64,000 nucleotides of DNA from an uncultured Actinomycetes bacterium (GCA_963797175.1 CAWCOL010000009.1:588585-652584); one strand, 5' to 3'. Shown: positions 9,056-20,514, counted from the stretch's first letter. The notes: a model not told the origin generated them from the letters alone. A program made the numbers and translations.

Positions 9056-10967
9056 GCCTGGGAATCCTCTCGCTCCACCTGCGGCTGTGGAACGGCTGTC
9101 CGTCGCGCGTCACGTCCAGCGTCAGCTCGACGGCGAACTCCTCGGCGGTGCAGGTGAAGCTGCCGCTCGCCTCGGCCATGCAGTCGAGGCCGGGCCGCGT
9201 CAGCCGGAACCGGGTCCGGCCCTCGACGTCGACCGACAGCGGGTCGTCCTCGCGCACCCGTGTCCGGTAGACGTGCCCCTCCTCGCACCGCACGCCCTCG
9301 CCGGGGAGCTCGAACGCCCACCAGTCCTCGGCGTCGATCCCGGCCCCGGCCGGATCCCGGACGACCTCCCACCGCGACGGCCGGTCGGCGACCTCGCCCT
9401 CCGTCCACGTCACCGGCACCATCTCGGTGCCCGGGGTGAAGGGCCTGGCGTCGTCGGGCAGACCGGGCAGCGTCAGCTCCACCGCGCCGGCCACCTCGAT
9501 CGGCGCCAGCACAGGCAACGGCCACAGGCACGGCCAGTCGTTGACCGCCACGGCGACGCGGATGCGATGGCCCGGCCGGAACCGCCACCCGGTCGCCATC
9601 AGATCGACGTCGACGGTCGCGTCGCCCTCACAGACGACGTTGAGCGCTCCACGGGTGACCGGCTGGGACTCGCCGGCCGGAGAGACGTCGTTCAGCTTGA
9701 CCGAGACGATCGCCCTCGGCCCCGGATGGCGGATCGCGAGCCGCACGCGAGGCGCGCCCAGCACCTCGACCGGCGCGTCCAGCGGTTCGGTCTCGAAGCA
9801 CGCGCTGCTCGCCTCGTCCTCGCGCTGGTCGCCGAACAGGCCGCTGTCCGGCGGCGGCGGGCACCAGTTGCCGGTGGCGAGGCCGACCGACGCCGAGGCG
9901 GGCGCGGTGCCGCCGACGCCCAGGCTCAGCACCGTGTCGGCAGCCGACCTCGGCCACGCCTCGCTCGCGAGCCACTCGCCCGAGACGCGGGCCTGCTCCA
10001 CCGCGGGGGAGTCGTGCTCCTCGACGAACACGACCGAGCGCGGCCGTGCCGGCTCGCCGCCGTCCGCGGCATCCGGGTCGAGGTGCCGCCGGAAGAAGCT
10101 GATCAGCTCGCCCATGAACGGGTAGCGCGGCTCGGGCACGCCGCGATCCGGCGCGACGTGCGTCCACGGGCCGGCCAGCAGCTGCCATGGGCAGCGCAGG
10201 CTCCGCGCCATCCGCAGCCCGGCCGTGCGGTAGCCGTCGTGCCAGCCCGAGACGATGAACACCGGGCACTCGATCCGCTCGAAGTCGGGCCGCAGCGAGC
10301 CGTTGCGCCAGTACGGCCCGTCGTGCTGCTCGGCCACCCAGCGCAGCACCCAGGGCGTCGTCGCGTCGATCCGCTCCCGCCAGCGGCGGTCGAACTCCGG
10401 CCCCTCCCCCTCGCCCGGCGGCAGCGCGTTCATGCCGATCATCCGGATCGGGTAGTTGCTGAGCTCGAACGCGGACAGCGCGCCGCCGTCGAAGTGCATG
10501 TCGTCGGTGTAGCGGTCGTCCGTCGCGTAGACCGGCGCGATCGCCCGCAGCGCCGGCGGGCGGCGGGCGGCGAGCTGGATGCAGGAGAAGCCGCCGTACG
10601 ACTTGCCCCACGACCCGACGTTGCCGTTGCACCACTCCTGCCGCGCCATCCACTCGACCACCTCGACCCCGTCCAGCTGCTCGGCCTCGGTGTACTCATC
10701 CACAGCAACGCCCTCCGAGCTCCCCGTGCCGCGCACGTCCAGCCGGACGCAGACGAAGCCGGCCTCGACCAGCACCAGGTTCTGGCCGCGGTCCTGGAGC
10801 GCGCGGAGGTCGTCCTTGCGGTAGGGGATGTGCTCGAGGATCGCGCCGAAGCGCCCTGGCCGGTTGGGGCGGTAGACGTCCGCCGAGAGGTGGATGCCGT
10901 CCCGCATCGCGATGCGGACGTCGCGGTCGACGATCACGCGCCCGTCCGCCAGCAGCAGCTCGCTCAC
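9045..10967 (-). CDS. CocE/NonD family hydrolase (S15 X-Pro dipeptidyl-peptidase-like), copy 1
   Basis: Motifs ILEHIPYRKDD, VRLDVRGTGSSEG, the nucleophile elbow GKSYGG and APVYATDDRYTDDMH. The preferred GTG at 10967 overlaps the upstream stop (GTGA). The alternative ATG at 10997 would give a 34-nt overlap. Confidence 0.88.
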   Translation of the reverse strand: MSELLLADGRVIVDRDVRIAMRDGIHLSADVYRPNRPGRFGAILEHIPYRKDDLRALQDRGQNLVLVEAGFVCVRLDVRGTGSSEGVAVDEYTEAEQLDGVEVVEWMARQEWCNGNVGSWGKSYGGFSCIQLAARRPPALRAIAPVYATDDRYTDDMHFDGGALSAFELSNYPIRMIGMNALPPGEGEGPEFDRRWRERIDATTPWVLRWVAEQHDGPYWRNGSLRPDFERIECPVFIVSGWHDGYRTAGLRMARSLRCPWQLLAGPWTHVAPDRGVPEPRYPFMGELISFFRRHLDPDAADGGEPARPRSVVFVEEHDSPAVEQARVSGEWLASEAWPRSAADTVLSLGVGGTAPASASVGLATGNWCPPPPDSGLFGDQREDEASSACFETEPLDAPVEVLGAPRVRLAIRHPGPRAIVSVKLNDVSPAGESQPVTRGALNVVCEGDATVDVDLMATGWRFRPGHRIRVAVAVNDWPCLWPLPVLAPIEVAGAVELTLPGLPDDARPFTPGTEMVPVTWTEGEVADRPSRWEVVRDPAGAGIDAEDWWAFELPGEGVRCEEGHVYRTRVREDDPLSVDVEGRTRFRLTRPGLDCMAEASGSFTCTAEEFAVELTLDVTRDGQPFHSRRWSERIPRRGC

Positions 10968-12886
10968 ACGCCGTCCCGCGGGATCCGCTCGCTCCACGTC
11001 CGCTCGGCGAAGGGCTCGCCGTCGGCCTGGACCTCGAGATGCAGGTCGACCAGGAACTCGTCCGCGGTCGCCGCGAACCGTGCCTTCGACAGCACGTCGG
11101 CGACGAAGCCGTCACGGGTGAGGACGTAGTGGCAGCTGCCCCACGTGCTCGCCGTCAGCGGGTCGTCGTCCGCCGCCAGCGCCCAGCGCTGGTTGGCCTC
11201 CGTCACCGACCAGCCCTCATCAGGAGCCTCGTCGCGGTACGCGGTCGAGACGGTGATCCCCGAGCGGCCGGCGTGCACATCGGTGACCACCTTCCAGTCC
11301 GACTCGCCGGTCGCCTCGATGCCCGGCTGCGCGATCTCGACCAGCCGGCCCTCCGGCGGTGTGAACGGCACGGCATCCGCGGGCAGCCCGGGCAGTACCA
11401 GCTCGACCGGCGAGGTGATCGCGAGCGGCGCGACCTGCGGCAGCGGCCACAGGTTGGGCCAGTCGCTGACCGCGACCGCGACCCGGATCCGGTGGCCGGC
11501 CGCGAACCGCCAGCCGGTGGTCATCAGCGGCAGCTCGAGCTCGGCGTCGCCCGCCACCTCGAGGTTGACGGCCGCACTGGTCACGTGCTGGGACGAGCCG
11601 TCCGGTGCCAGGCTCTGGAGCTTGACCGAGACCAGGGTGCGGGGCCCGGGGTGGCGCAGCGAGAACCGCACCACCGGCTCGCCGAACACCGCCACCGGCT
11701 CGGCCAGCGGCTCGCCGTCGAAGGTCGCGCTGAGGGCGTCGTCGCGGCGCTGGTCGAGGAACTGGCCGGTGTGCGGCGGCGGCGGGCACCACTGGCCGGT
11801 CATGATCCCCGCGGTCACGCTGGGCGGTGCGACCGCGGGCGCTCCCAGGGTGACGGTGCGACGCTCGACGCCCTCCGGCCAGCGCTCCGACGCCAGCCAC
11901 TCGCCCGACACCGTCTCGTGCGGCCGGGCCGGCGAGTCGGGGCTGCCGATGAAGAACACCGACCGCGGCCGGTGCGGCGCGTCGGTGGGCGGCGCGTCGT
12001 CCAGGTGGCGGTGGAAGAACCGCGCCATCTCGGCCAGGAACGGGTAGCGCGGCCCGGGCACGCCGCGGTCGGGCAGCGTGTGGCACCACGGCCCGGCGAG
12101 CAGCTCCCACGGCGCCTCCAGCCGCTCGCCCATGCGCAGCGCCGCCGTCCGGTAGCCATCCCGCCACCCGGCGCAGATCAGCACCGGGCAGGCGATGCGC
12201 CCGAAGTCGGGCCGCAGCGAGCCGTTCCGCCAGTAGGGCCCGTCGTGCTGGCGGCGGATCCATTCGACCACCCACGCCGGGGTCGTCTCGATCCGCTCCC
12301 GCCACGCCCGGTCGAACTCGGGGCCGCGTTCGCCCAGCGGCGGCAGCACGTTCATCGCGATCATCGAGGTCGGGTAGGCGGGCAGGCTGCTGGCGTTGAG
12401 CGCGCCGCCGTGAAAGTGCATGTCGTCGGTGTAGCGATCGTCGGTCGCGTAGACCGGCGCGATCGCCCGCAGCGCCGGCGGCCGCAGCGCCGCCAGCTGG
12501 ATGCACGAGAACCCGCCGTAGGAGACGCCCCACGAGGCGACCGCCCCGGTGCACCACGGCTGGGCGGCCATCCACGCGACGACCTCGAGGCCGTCCTGCT
12601 GCTCCGCTCGCGTGTACTCGTCCACGGCGACGCCCTGCGAGCTGCCCGTGCCGCGCACGTCAAGGCGCACGCAGGCGAAGCCGGCCTCGACCAGGAAGCT
12701 GTTCTGGGAGCGGTCCTCGATCGCCCGCAGGTCGTCCTTGCGGTAGGGGATGTGCTCCAGGATCGCCGGGTAGCGGCCGGGCGCGCTGGGGCGGTAGACG
12801 TCAACCGAGAGCCGGACGCCGTCGCTCGCGACCACCCCCACGTCGCGCTCGAGGATCACGTCCCCACCGCCGAGCACGACCGTCAC
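10964..12886 (-). CDS. CocE/NonD family hydrolase, copy 2 (tandem paralogue)
   Basis: Same motifs as copy 1 (GVSYGG). By eye it is about three quarters identical to copy 1 over the catalytic domain. The start is uncertain (GTG at 12886 or 12907; the ORF is open to 12973). Confidence 0.85.
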   Translation of the reverse strand: MTVVLGGGDVILERDVGVVASDGVRLSVDVYRPSAPGRYPAILEHIPYRKDDLRAIEDRSQNSFLVEAGFACVRLDVRGTGSSQGVAVDEYTRAEQQDGLEVVAWMAAQPWCTGAVASWGVSYGGFSCIQLAALRPPALRAIAPVYATDDRYTDDMHFHGGALNASSLPAYPTSMIAMNVLPPLGERGPEFDRAWRERIETTPAWVVEWIRRQHDGPYWRNGSLRPDFGRIACPVLICAGWRDGYRTAALRMGERLEAPWELLAGPWCHTLPDRGVPGPRYPFLAEMARFFHRHLDDAPPTDAPHRPRSVFFIGSPDSPARPHETVSGEWLASERWPEGVERRTVTLGAPAVAPPSVTAGIMTGQWCPPPPHTGQFLDQRRDDALSATFDGEPLAEPVAVFGEPVVRFSLRHPGPRTLVSVKLQSLAPDGSSQHVTSAAVNLEVAGDAELELPLMTTGWRFAAGHRIRVAVAVSDWPNLWPLPQVAPLAITSPVELVLPGLPADAVPFTPPEGRLVEIAQPGIEATGESDWKVVTDVHAGRSGITVSTAYRDEAPDEGWSVTEANQRWALAADDDPLTASTWGSCHYVLTRDGFVADVLSKARFAATADEFLVDLHLEVQADGEPFAERTWSERIPRDGV

Positions 12887-12954
12887 CGGGCCTCCATGCG
12901 CGGCGACACTAGCACCACGGGATCGGGCCGGAGGCGGTCGGTACACTCTCCGCG

Positions 12955-14434
12955 ATGGAGGCGGTCGCGGCACTGTCGGGGCGGGGACTGATGCCCGGCG
13001 TGCTCGACGCGATCGCCCGGGATGACCTGCCGGTCGAGATCAGCGCGGACGCGCTCGACCGCATCCGCGACGCGCAGGCCTGCCTCGACCGCGCCGTCGA
13101 GGCAGGGACGGCGGTGTACGGCGTGACCACCGGGCTCGGCCACCGGGTGACCATGCGGATCGACCCGCCCGGCGGCGGCGAGCACGCGCTGCGCACGCTC
13201 CGCGGCAGGGCGGTCGCCGTCGGCCAGCCGCTGCCCCGCGAGGTCGTTCGCGCAGCCATGGCGGCCCGCCTGAACGGCCTCTGCGCCGGCCGCTCCGGCG
13301 CCGGCGAGGAGGCGGCGCAGGCGCTGGCCGCAATGCTGAACGCTGGCGTCCACCCGATCGTGCCGCGGCACGGCTCGATCGGCGCGGCCGACCTCTGCCT
13401 GCTCGCCCACATCGGCCTGGTGGTCGCAGGCGAGGGCGAGGCCGAGCTGGACGGCGAGCGGATGAGCGGCGCCGCGGCGCTGGCGGCCGCGGGCATCGCC
13501 GCGGCCCGGCTGGGGCCGCGGGACGGACTGGCGCTGTGCAGCGCCTCGTCGGTGTCGGCCGGCACGGCCGCGCTCGAGCTCGTCCGCGCGCGCCGCCTGC
13601 TGGAGTGGCTCCAGTCGGCCGCGGCGCTCTCGATGGAGGGATTCCGGGCGCAGCCTGACGCCGATCGACCCGCGGGTGGTCGCCGCACGGCCGGCACCCG
13701 GGCAGGAGTGGGCCGCCGCCGGGCTGCGGCAGCGGCTCGCCGGCGGAGCGCTGACCGAGCCGGGCGCGGCGCGGCGGCTCCAGGACCCGCTCAGCTTCCG
13801 TTGCGCCGCATCGATCCACGGCTCGCTCCATGCCGCGCTCGACCTGCTCGAGGCCGCGGTCGAGCCGGAGCTGAACGGCGCCGGCGACAATCCGCTCGTC
13901 CTGGCGGCTGACGATCTCGTCGTCTCCACAGGCAACTTCCACACCTCCGCACTCGCGCTGGCCGCCGACGCGACGGCGATCGCGATCGCCCAGGCAGCGG
14001 CGCCCGCAGCCGAGCGGCCCGGCCGGCTCTGCAACGCCGCACTCAGCGGGCTGCCCCCCAACCTCACCCGCGGGCCGGCCGGCTCGGCAGGCATGGCACC
14101 GCTCCAGAAGCCGGCGCACGCGCTGGTCAGCGCCATCCGCCAGCGCGCCGCCCCGCTCGCGATCGACCCCAGCGTGACCGCAGAGGGTGTCGAGGACGAC
14201 GCCACCAACGCCACGCTCGCCGTCTTCCGCCTGACCGACCAGCTCGACCTCCTGGCCCAGCTGATCGCGGTCGAGTTGGTGTGCGCCGCGCAGGCGGTGG
14301 ACCTGGCCGAGCCGGGCAGGTTGGGCGCCGCCACCGCCGAGACGCACGCCGCCGTACGGGCCCTCGTCCCGCCGCTCGCCGACGACCGCCCGCTGAGCGC
14401 CGACATCGCAGCCGTGCTCGCGATTGTGACGTGA
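12955..14434 (+). pseudogene. histidine/aromatic amino acid ammonia-lyase family protein, frame interrupted near 13650 and lacking the Ala-Ser-Gly MIO triad
   Basis: The N-terminal half (YGVTTGLG..HGSIGAADLCLLAH..LSMEGFRA) is in one frame. The C-terminal half (SLTPIDPRVVAARPAPGQ..QDPLSFRC..GDNPLV..GNFH) is in the +1-offset frame. The two halves are collinear with the HutH/PAL layout. Confidence 0.75.
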
Positions 14435-14566
14435 CGCCGCGAGACGGTTACGATGAGCAATCCGCCGCGTCCGGGGCTATTGTGCACCGTTCCGGTGGGG
14501 AATCCCGGCTACCACCCCGCCCTTGACCCTCGGCCCCAAACCAGCACCACCAGGGAGGCGAATCTC

Positions 14567-15694
14567 GTGACCACCACCAATCATCGAGCGCTGGGGGCGC
14601 TCACGCGCGGGTCGCTGCTGCGCCGTGCGGGCGCCGGCGCCCTCGGGCTCTCCGCCGCGCAGCTGCTGGCGGCGTGCGGCTCCAGCTCCTCCGGCTCGTC
14701 GGCATCCGCCGGCTCCGGCGGCGGCACCATCTCCGGCGAGGCGATCCTCAGCAACTACCCGGGCTGGATGGGCAAGGACAACCTCGCCGCCTTCCACGCC
14801 AAGTACCCGGACGCCTCGATCAAGATGATCTCCAACGCCACGTCCTCGAGCGCAGAGGTCGTGCTCCAGTTCAAGAGCAAGCAGTACGACTTCCTGCTGT
14901 CGGACACCACCGACTCGGGCCAGGCGGCGGCTGCCGACCTGATCACCGAGATCGACTGGTCGAAGGTGCCCAACATCAAGAACATCTCGCAGAAGTTCCG
15001 CACGGCGTATCCGTGGGGCCTGCCCACCGACTACGGCAAGGTCGGCATCGCCTACCGGCCCGACCTGATCGGGAACGCGACCATCACCAGCTGGCACGAC
15101 CTCTGGGAGCTGATCCCCAAGCACCCCGGCCAGACCGTGTTCATCGACCTCGAGCGCGACTGCATGGGGTCGACCTGCAAGTACCTGGGGTTCTCGTCCA
15201 ACACCACCAACCCGGACGACATGTCCAAGGTGCAGGACGCGATCACCAGCGTCAAGCCGCACCTCAAGGCGTTCCTCAACACCAACGTCGGCGCCGGCCT
15301 GATCAACGGATCGACGGCGATGGCGATGGACTGGGACTACGACGTCGCCCTGCTCCAGCAGAAGGAGCCGAAGATCAAGTGGGTGCTGCCCGACGAGGGC
15401 GTCCACGCCTACCTGGAGGGCTTCACCGCGGTGCAGGACACGAGCAAGATCGACGTGATCCAGGCCTTCCTCAACTTCCTGGCGGAGCCGGCGCAGTACG
15501 CGGACTTCGTGAACACCACCGGCACCGCCTACATGATGCCGGCGGCCACGCCGCTGGTGAAGAAGTCGATCTCGCAGAACCCGATCCTGGTGCCGACCGA
15601 CGAGATCCTGGCCAAGACCGAGTTCGACAAGTACCTGGGCGCTGACGGCTCGACGCTCTGGACCAACACGTGGAACGCGATCAAGGCGGCGTAG
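14567..15694 (+). CDS. ABC transporter substrate-binding lipoprotein (PotD/PotF spermidine/putrescine-type)
   Basis: GTG at 14567 preceded by GGGAGG. It has a Tat-like/lipoprotein signal (RGSLLRRAGAGALGLSAAQLLAACG). The body is PBP2 PotD-like and it is the first gene of a 4-gene ABC operon. Confidence 0.85.
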   Translation: MTTTNHRALGALTRGSLLRRAGAGALGLSAAQLLAACGSSSSGSSASAGSGGGTISGEAILSNYPGWMGKDNLAAFHAKYPDASIKMISNATSSSAEVVLQFKSKQYDFLLSDTTDSGQAAAADLITEIDWSKVPNIKNISQKFRTAYPWGLPTDYGKVGIAYRPDLIGNATITSWHDLWELIPKHPGQTVFIDLERDCMGSTCKYLGFSSNTTNPDDMSKVQDAITSVKPHLKAFLNTNVGAGLINGSTAMAMDWDYDVALLQQKEPKIKWVLPDEGVHAYLEGFTAVQDTSKIDVIQAFLNFLAEPAQYADFVNTTGTAYMMPAATPLVKKSISQNPILVPTDEILAKTEFDKYLGADGSTLWTNTWNAIKAA

Positions 15695-15747
15695 CCGCAG
15701 GCCACGCCGTCGCGCCGCCTCCCCGGGCGACCCCGGGGAGGCGGCGC

Positions 15748-16593
15748 GTGCAGTCCGACCGCCTGGCGCGGCTGGCGCTGCTGCTGCCCACGCTGCTGAT
15801 CACGGCGGTGTGCTTCCTGATCCCGCTGGGGCTGATCGCGCTCTACTCGTTCGGCACCGTCAACCAGGTCAACTTCGACGTCTACTTCGGCTGGACGGTC
15901 CACAACTACCGGGACTTCACGTCCGCCCTGTACGTCCACACGCTGGCCCGCAGCGTGTTCCTCTCGCTGTCCACCACGCTGGTCTGCGCCGTCCTCGGCT
16001 TCACCTTCGCCTACTACATCAGCCGCCAGCCGCCGCGGGTGCAGCGGCTGCTGCTGGTGGCGGTGATCGTCCCGTTCTGGACGAGCTTCATCGTCCGCAC
16101 CTACGCCTGGGTGGATCTGCTCCAGAACCTGGGGCCGCTCGACCGCTTCGCCCGCGCCCTGGGGCTGCACGGCCACATCGACGTGCTCTACACGCCGTAC
16201 TCGATCGGCATCGGCATCCTCTACTCGTACCTGCCGCTGATGATCCTGCCCATCTACGTCTCGCTGGAGCGGATCGACCCCGCGCTCTACGACGCGTCCG
16301 CCGACCTGGGCGCGACCCCGTGGCGCCAGTTCCGCCGCGTCGTGCTGCCGCAGGCCGTGCCCGGGCTGATCGCGGGCATCATCATCGTCGGCGTCCCCGC
16401 CCTGGGCGAGTACGTCATCCCCGAGATCCTGGGCGGCGGCAAGACGCTGATGGCCGGCAATCTGCTGGCCGACCAGTTCCTGGAGACGGGCAACTACCCA
16501 TTCGGCTCGGCGCTGGCCGTGTCCGTGATGGTCGTGCTGATGCTGCTGCTGTTCCTGCTGCGTCGCGCGCAGCCGGCGGTGGAGACGCCGTGA
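15748..16593 (+). CDS. ABC transporter permease (PotB-like)
   Basis: Polytopic membrane protein with an EAA-loop-like DASADLGATPWRQFRRVVLP. The GTG at 15748 follows GGGGAGG. Confidence 0.88.
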   Translation: MQSDRLARLALLLPTLLITAVCFLIPLGLIALYSFGTVNQVNFDVYFGWTVHNYRDFTSALYVHTLARSVFLSLSTTLVCAVLGFTFAYYISRQPPRVQRLLLVAVIVPFWTSFIVRTYAWVDLLQNLGPLDRFARALGLHGHIDVLYTPYSIGIGILYSYLPLMILPIYVSLERIDPALYDASADLGATPWRQFRRVVLPQAVPGLIAGIIIVGVPALGEYVIPEILGGGKTLMAGNLLADQFLETGNYPFGSALAVSVMVVLMLLLFLLRRAQPAVETP

Positions 16594-17410
16594 ACATCCG
16601 CCGCCACCCGGTCGCCGCGCCGCTCAGCCTGCTGATCCTGCTGTTCATGTGGCTGCCGCTGATCGTGGTCGCGATCAACTCGTTCAACCAGCAGGCGCTG
16701 ATGGCCGGCTGGGGCGGGTTCACGACGCACTGGTACCGCATGGCGCTGCAGGACGAGAACGTCCGCACCGGCCTCAAGACGACGCTGATCATCGCGGTCG
16801 CGTCATCGATCCTGTCGCTGTTCGTCGCGGTCACCGGCGCGCTCTGGTGGCGGCGGGCCTCGCCCCGCGCGCGGGCCGTCTACGACGCGCTGATCTACGC
16901 CCGCATCATCCTGCCCGAGGTCGTCTTCGCCACGGCGCTCTTCTTCCTCTTCCTCAAGATCCATTTCAGCCTGGGCCTGACGGCGATGGTGATCGGCCAC
17001 ACCGTCTGGAACTCGGCGTACGTCGCGATCATCGTGCAGGCGCGGATGGCGGGCCTCGACCCGGCGCTGGAGGAGGCCGCGGCCGACCTGGGTGCGACGC
17101 CGTGGCGCACGTTCCGGCGGGTGACGCTCTCGGCGCTGATGCCGGCGATCGTCGCCTCGGGGCTGCTCGCCTTCACCTTCTCGTTCGACGACGTCGTCAC
17201 GTCGGTGTTCCTCCAGGGCGCGTCGGACTCGCCGCTGCCGGTCGTGATCCTGGGCATGATCCGGTTCCGGATCACGCCGGAGATCAACGCGATCGGCCTG
17301 CTCGTGATGCTGTTCACGGTGACGCTGATGAGCTGCGCCGTGGTCGTCTACGCCACCGCCGGCGCGCGCAGCCGGTCGGGCCGGAAGGGAACGATGCTGG
17401 ACATGTACCG

Positions 17411-17414
<4 letters not shown>
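16590..17414 (+). CDS. ABC transporter permease (PotC-like)
   Basis: The GTG at 16590 overlaps the upstream TGA (GTGA). It contains EAAADLGATPWRTFRRVTL and several TM helices. Confidence 0.88.
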
Positions 17415-18520
<1,106 letters not shown>

Positions 18521-18775
18521 CGCTCCCAGACCCGCTCCTCGAGCAGCGGCACGACGCCCTGCTCGATGAACATGCGGAAGTGCGGCGTGCGCCGGTGGGC
18601 CTGGAAGGCGTCCTCGTCCACATAGCGCTCGTAGAGGGCAAAGCGGTCGGGATCGTCCGCCGAGCGGTTGGCCGTGAACGTCAGACAGCCGGGCTCGGCC
18701 CGGGTCGGCCCGACGTGGCGGGCCAGGATCGCAGCGACCTCGTCGCCGGTGCCCGGGAGCGTGCGGTAGCGGGCG

Positions 18776-19474
18776 ATGACGACGATCATCCGCGGCTCAC
18801 CCGGCCATGCTACCGGCGCGAGCGGGACGTACACTGCCGCCGTGGCAGACTGGGTCACGATCTCGGCGCTGGCGACCGCCGGCGGGACGCTGGTGCTGGC
18901 CGGCGCGACGTTCGCGTCGGTGCGCTCCGCCAACCGGGCGTCGCGTGTGTCCGAGCGCGCGCTGCTCGCCACGCAGCGGCCGCTGCTGATGCCCTCGCGG
19001 CTCCAGGACCCGCCGCTCAAGGTCGGGTTCATCGACGGCAAGTGGTTCCATGTGCCCGGCGGGTGCGGCGTCGCCGAGGCCGAGGACGAAGCGGTGTATC
19101 TGATCATGTCGCTGCGCAACGTCGGCACGGGGATGGCGGTGCTCCATGGCTGGCAGTTCACGGCTGAACGCCAGTTGGGCGCATCGCCGATGCCGCCGCT
19201 CGACTCGTTCCACCGGCTGACGCGCGACCTCTACGTGCCGGCGTCGGACATGGGGTTCTGGCAGGGCGCGATGCGCGACACCGGGGACGACGAGTTCGAC
19301 GCCGCCCAGGACGCGGTGCGGTCACGCCGGGCGTTCACGATCGACGTGCTCTACGGCGACCACGAGGGCGGCCAGCGCGTGATCAGCCGGTTCACGATGA
19401 ACGCCCGCCAGGACGGCACGTGGGTGGCCTCCGTCGCCCGCCACTGGAACATCGACCGCCCCGATCCTCGTTAG
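18776..19474 (+). CDS. hypothetical protein with N-terminal TM helix
   Basis: 232-aa ORF with coding-type G/C third positions and one hydrophobic segment (WVTISALATAGGTLVLAGATF). The start may be the GTG at 18842. No family recognised. Confidence 0.5.
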   Translation: MTTIIRGSPGHATGASGTYTAAVADWVTISALATAGGTLVLAGATFASVRSANRASRVSERALLATQRPLLMPSRLQDPPLKVGFIDGKWFHVPGGCGVAEAEDEAVYLIMSLRNVGTGMAVLHGWQFTAERQLGASPMPPLDSFHRLTRDLYVPASDMGFWQGAMRDTGDDEFDAAQDAVRSRRAFTIDVLYGDHEGGQRVISRFTMNARQDGTWVASVARHWNIDRPDPR

Positions 19475-19671
19475 CGCTGGGGCATCGCGCGCCGCAGCGA
19501 CCATCCCAGCAGCACGACCACCAGCAGCGGCAGGACGAGGTAGGCTCCGTAGCCCGCCTCGGCCGCGAGAGCGGTCAGCCCCAGTCCCGCGACCACGCCG
19601 ACCGCGACCCGCCAGTCGTCGCCGACGACGAACTCGTAGAGGAACCGGCAGAGGTCGGCCGCGCGGCTCAC
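19471..19671 (-). CDS. small membrane protein (66 aa)
   Basis: The GTG at 19671 overlaps the TGA of the upstream membrane-protein gene (GTGA). It has two hydrophobic segments (VAVGVVAGLGLTALAA, YLVLPLLVVVLLGW). Confidence 0.5.
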   Translation of the reverse strand: MSRAADLCRFLYEFVVGDDWRVAVGVVAGLGLTALAAEAGYGAYLVLPLLVVVLLGWSLRRAMPQR

Positions 19672-20444
19672 TCGCCACCGCCTCCGGCCAGGGCGGGCGC
19701 TGCCGTGCCGCGCAGAAGGCGCACCATGACGCGGCTGACCAGGACGTAGAAGACGATCAGCCCGAGCAGGGCGAGATCGGTACCCGGCCAGTCCACCCCC
19801 GCTCCCTCGGCGCCCCAGAACGTCCCGAACGAGGTCAGCATGATGCCGACCGAGTACTTCATCGTGTTCTCGGGGACGCGCGCGAGCGGCGCCCGCGCCA
19901 TCACGCCCGCGCCGGCGACCAGGAGCACTGCGGCGACCGCGCCCGCGGCCGCCAGCGGCACGCTGCCCTGGTTGCTGCCGAACGTGACCACGATGAAGGC
20001 CACCTCCAGCCCCTCCAGCAGCACGCCCTTGAACGAGACCAGGAAGGCGTAGCCGTCGATGCCCTCGCGCCCGGTGGCGCCCGCGGCCGCCGCCAGCTCG
20101 GCCTCGTGGCGGAAGATCGCGTCCTCGTCGTGCAGCGCCTTGAGGCCGCTCGAGCGGAGGATCGCCTTGCGCAGCCACTGGAGGCCGAAGACGAGCAGCA
20201 GGCCACCGACCACGACCCGCAGTACCGAGAGCGGCAGGGCGGTCAGCGCCGGCCCCAGCGCCGCGACGATGACGGCGAGGCACAGCGAGGCCGCGCCGAC
20301 GCCGATCAGCGCCGAGCGCCAGCTCCGCGTCATGCCGACGGCGAGCACGATCGTCAACGCCTCCACCGCCTCGACGGCGCTGGCCAGGAAGCTGGACAGC
20401 ACCAGCAGAAGGGCGTTCACCGTGTGCCCACCGCGGCCGTCCAC
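19668..20444 (-). CDS. integral membrane protein (COG4280-like)
   Basis: About 250 aa and polytopic, with an internal duplication signature (EAVEALTIVLAVG / LEGLEVAFIVVTFG). The start is the GTG at 20444 or 20420. Confidence 0.7.
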   Translation of the reverse strand: MDGRGGHTVNALLLVLSSFLASAVEAVEALTIVLAVGMTRSWRSALIGVGAASLCLAVIVAALGPALTALPLSVLRVVVGGLLLVFGLQWLRKAILRSSGLKALHDEDAIFRHEAELAAAAGATGREGIDGYAFLVSFKGVLLEGLEVAFIVVTFGSNQGSVPLAAAGAVAAVLLVAGAGVMARAPLARVPENTMKYSVGIMLTSFGTFWGAEGAGVDWPGTDLALLGLIVFYVLVSRVMVRLLRGTAAPALAGGGGE

Positions 20445-20514
20445 CGCACGTCGTGGGCCGCTCTCCTCACACGGCGATCGTACCCAAGGCCCGCAGCCGA
20501 GCGTGCACCGTGCC

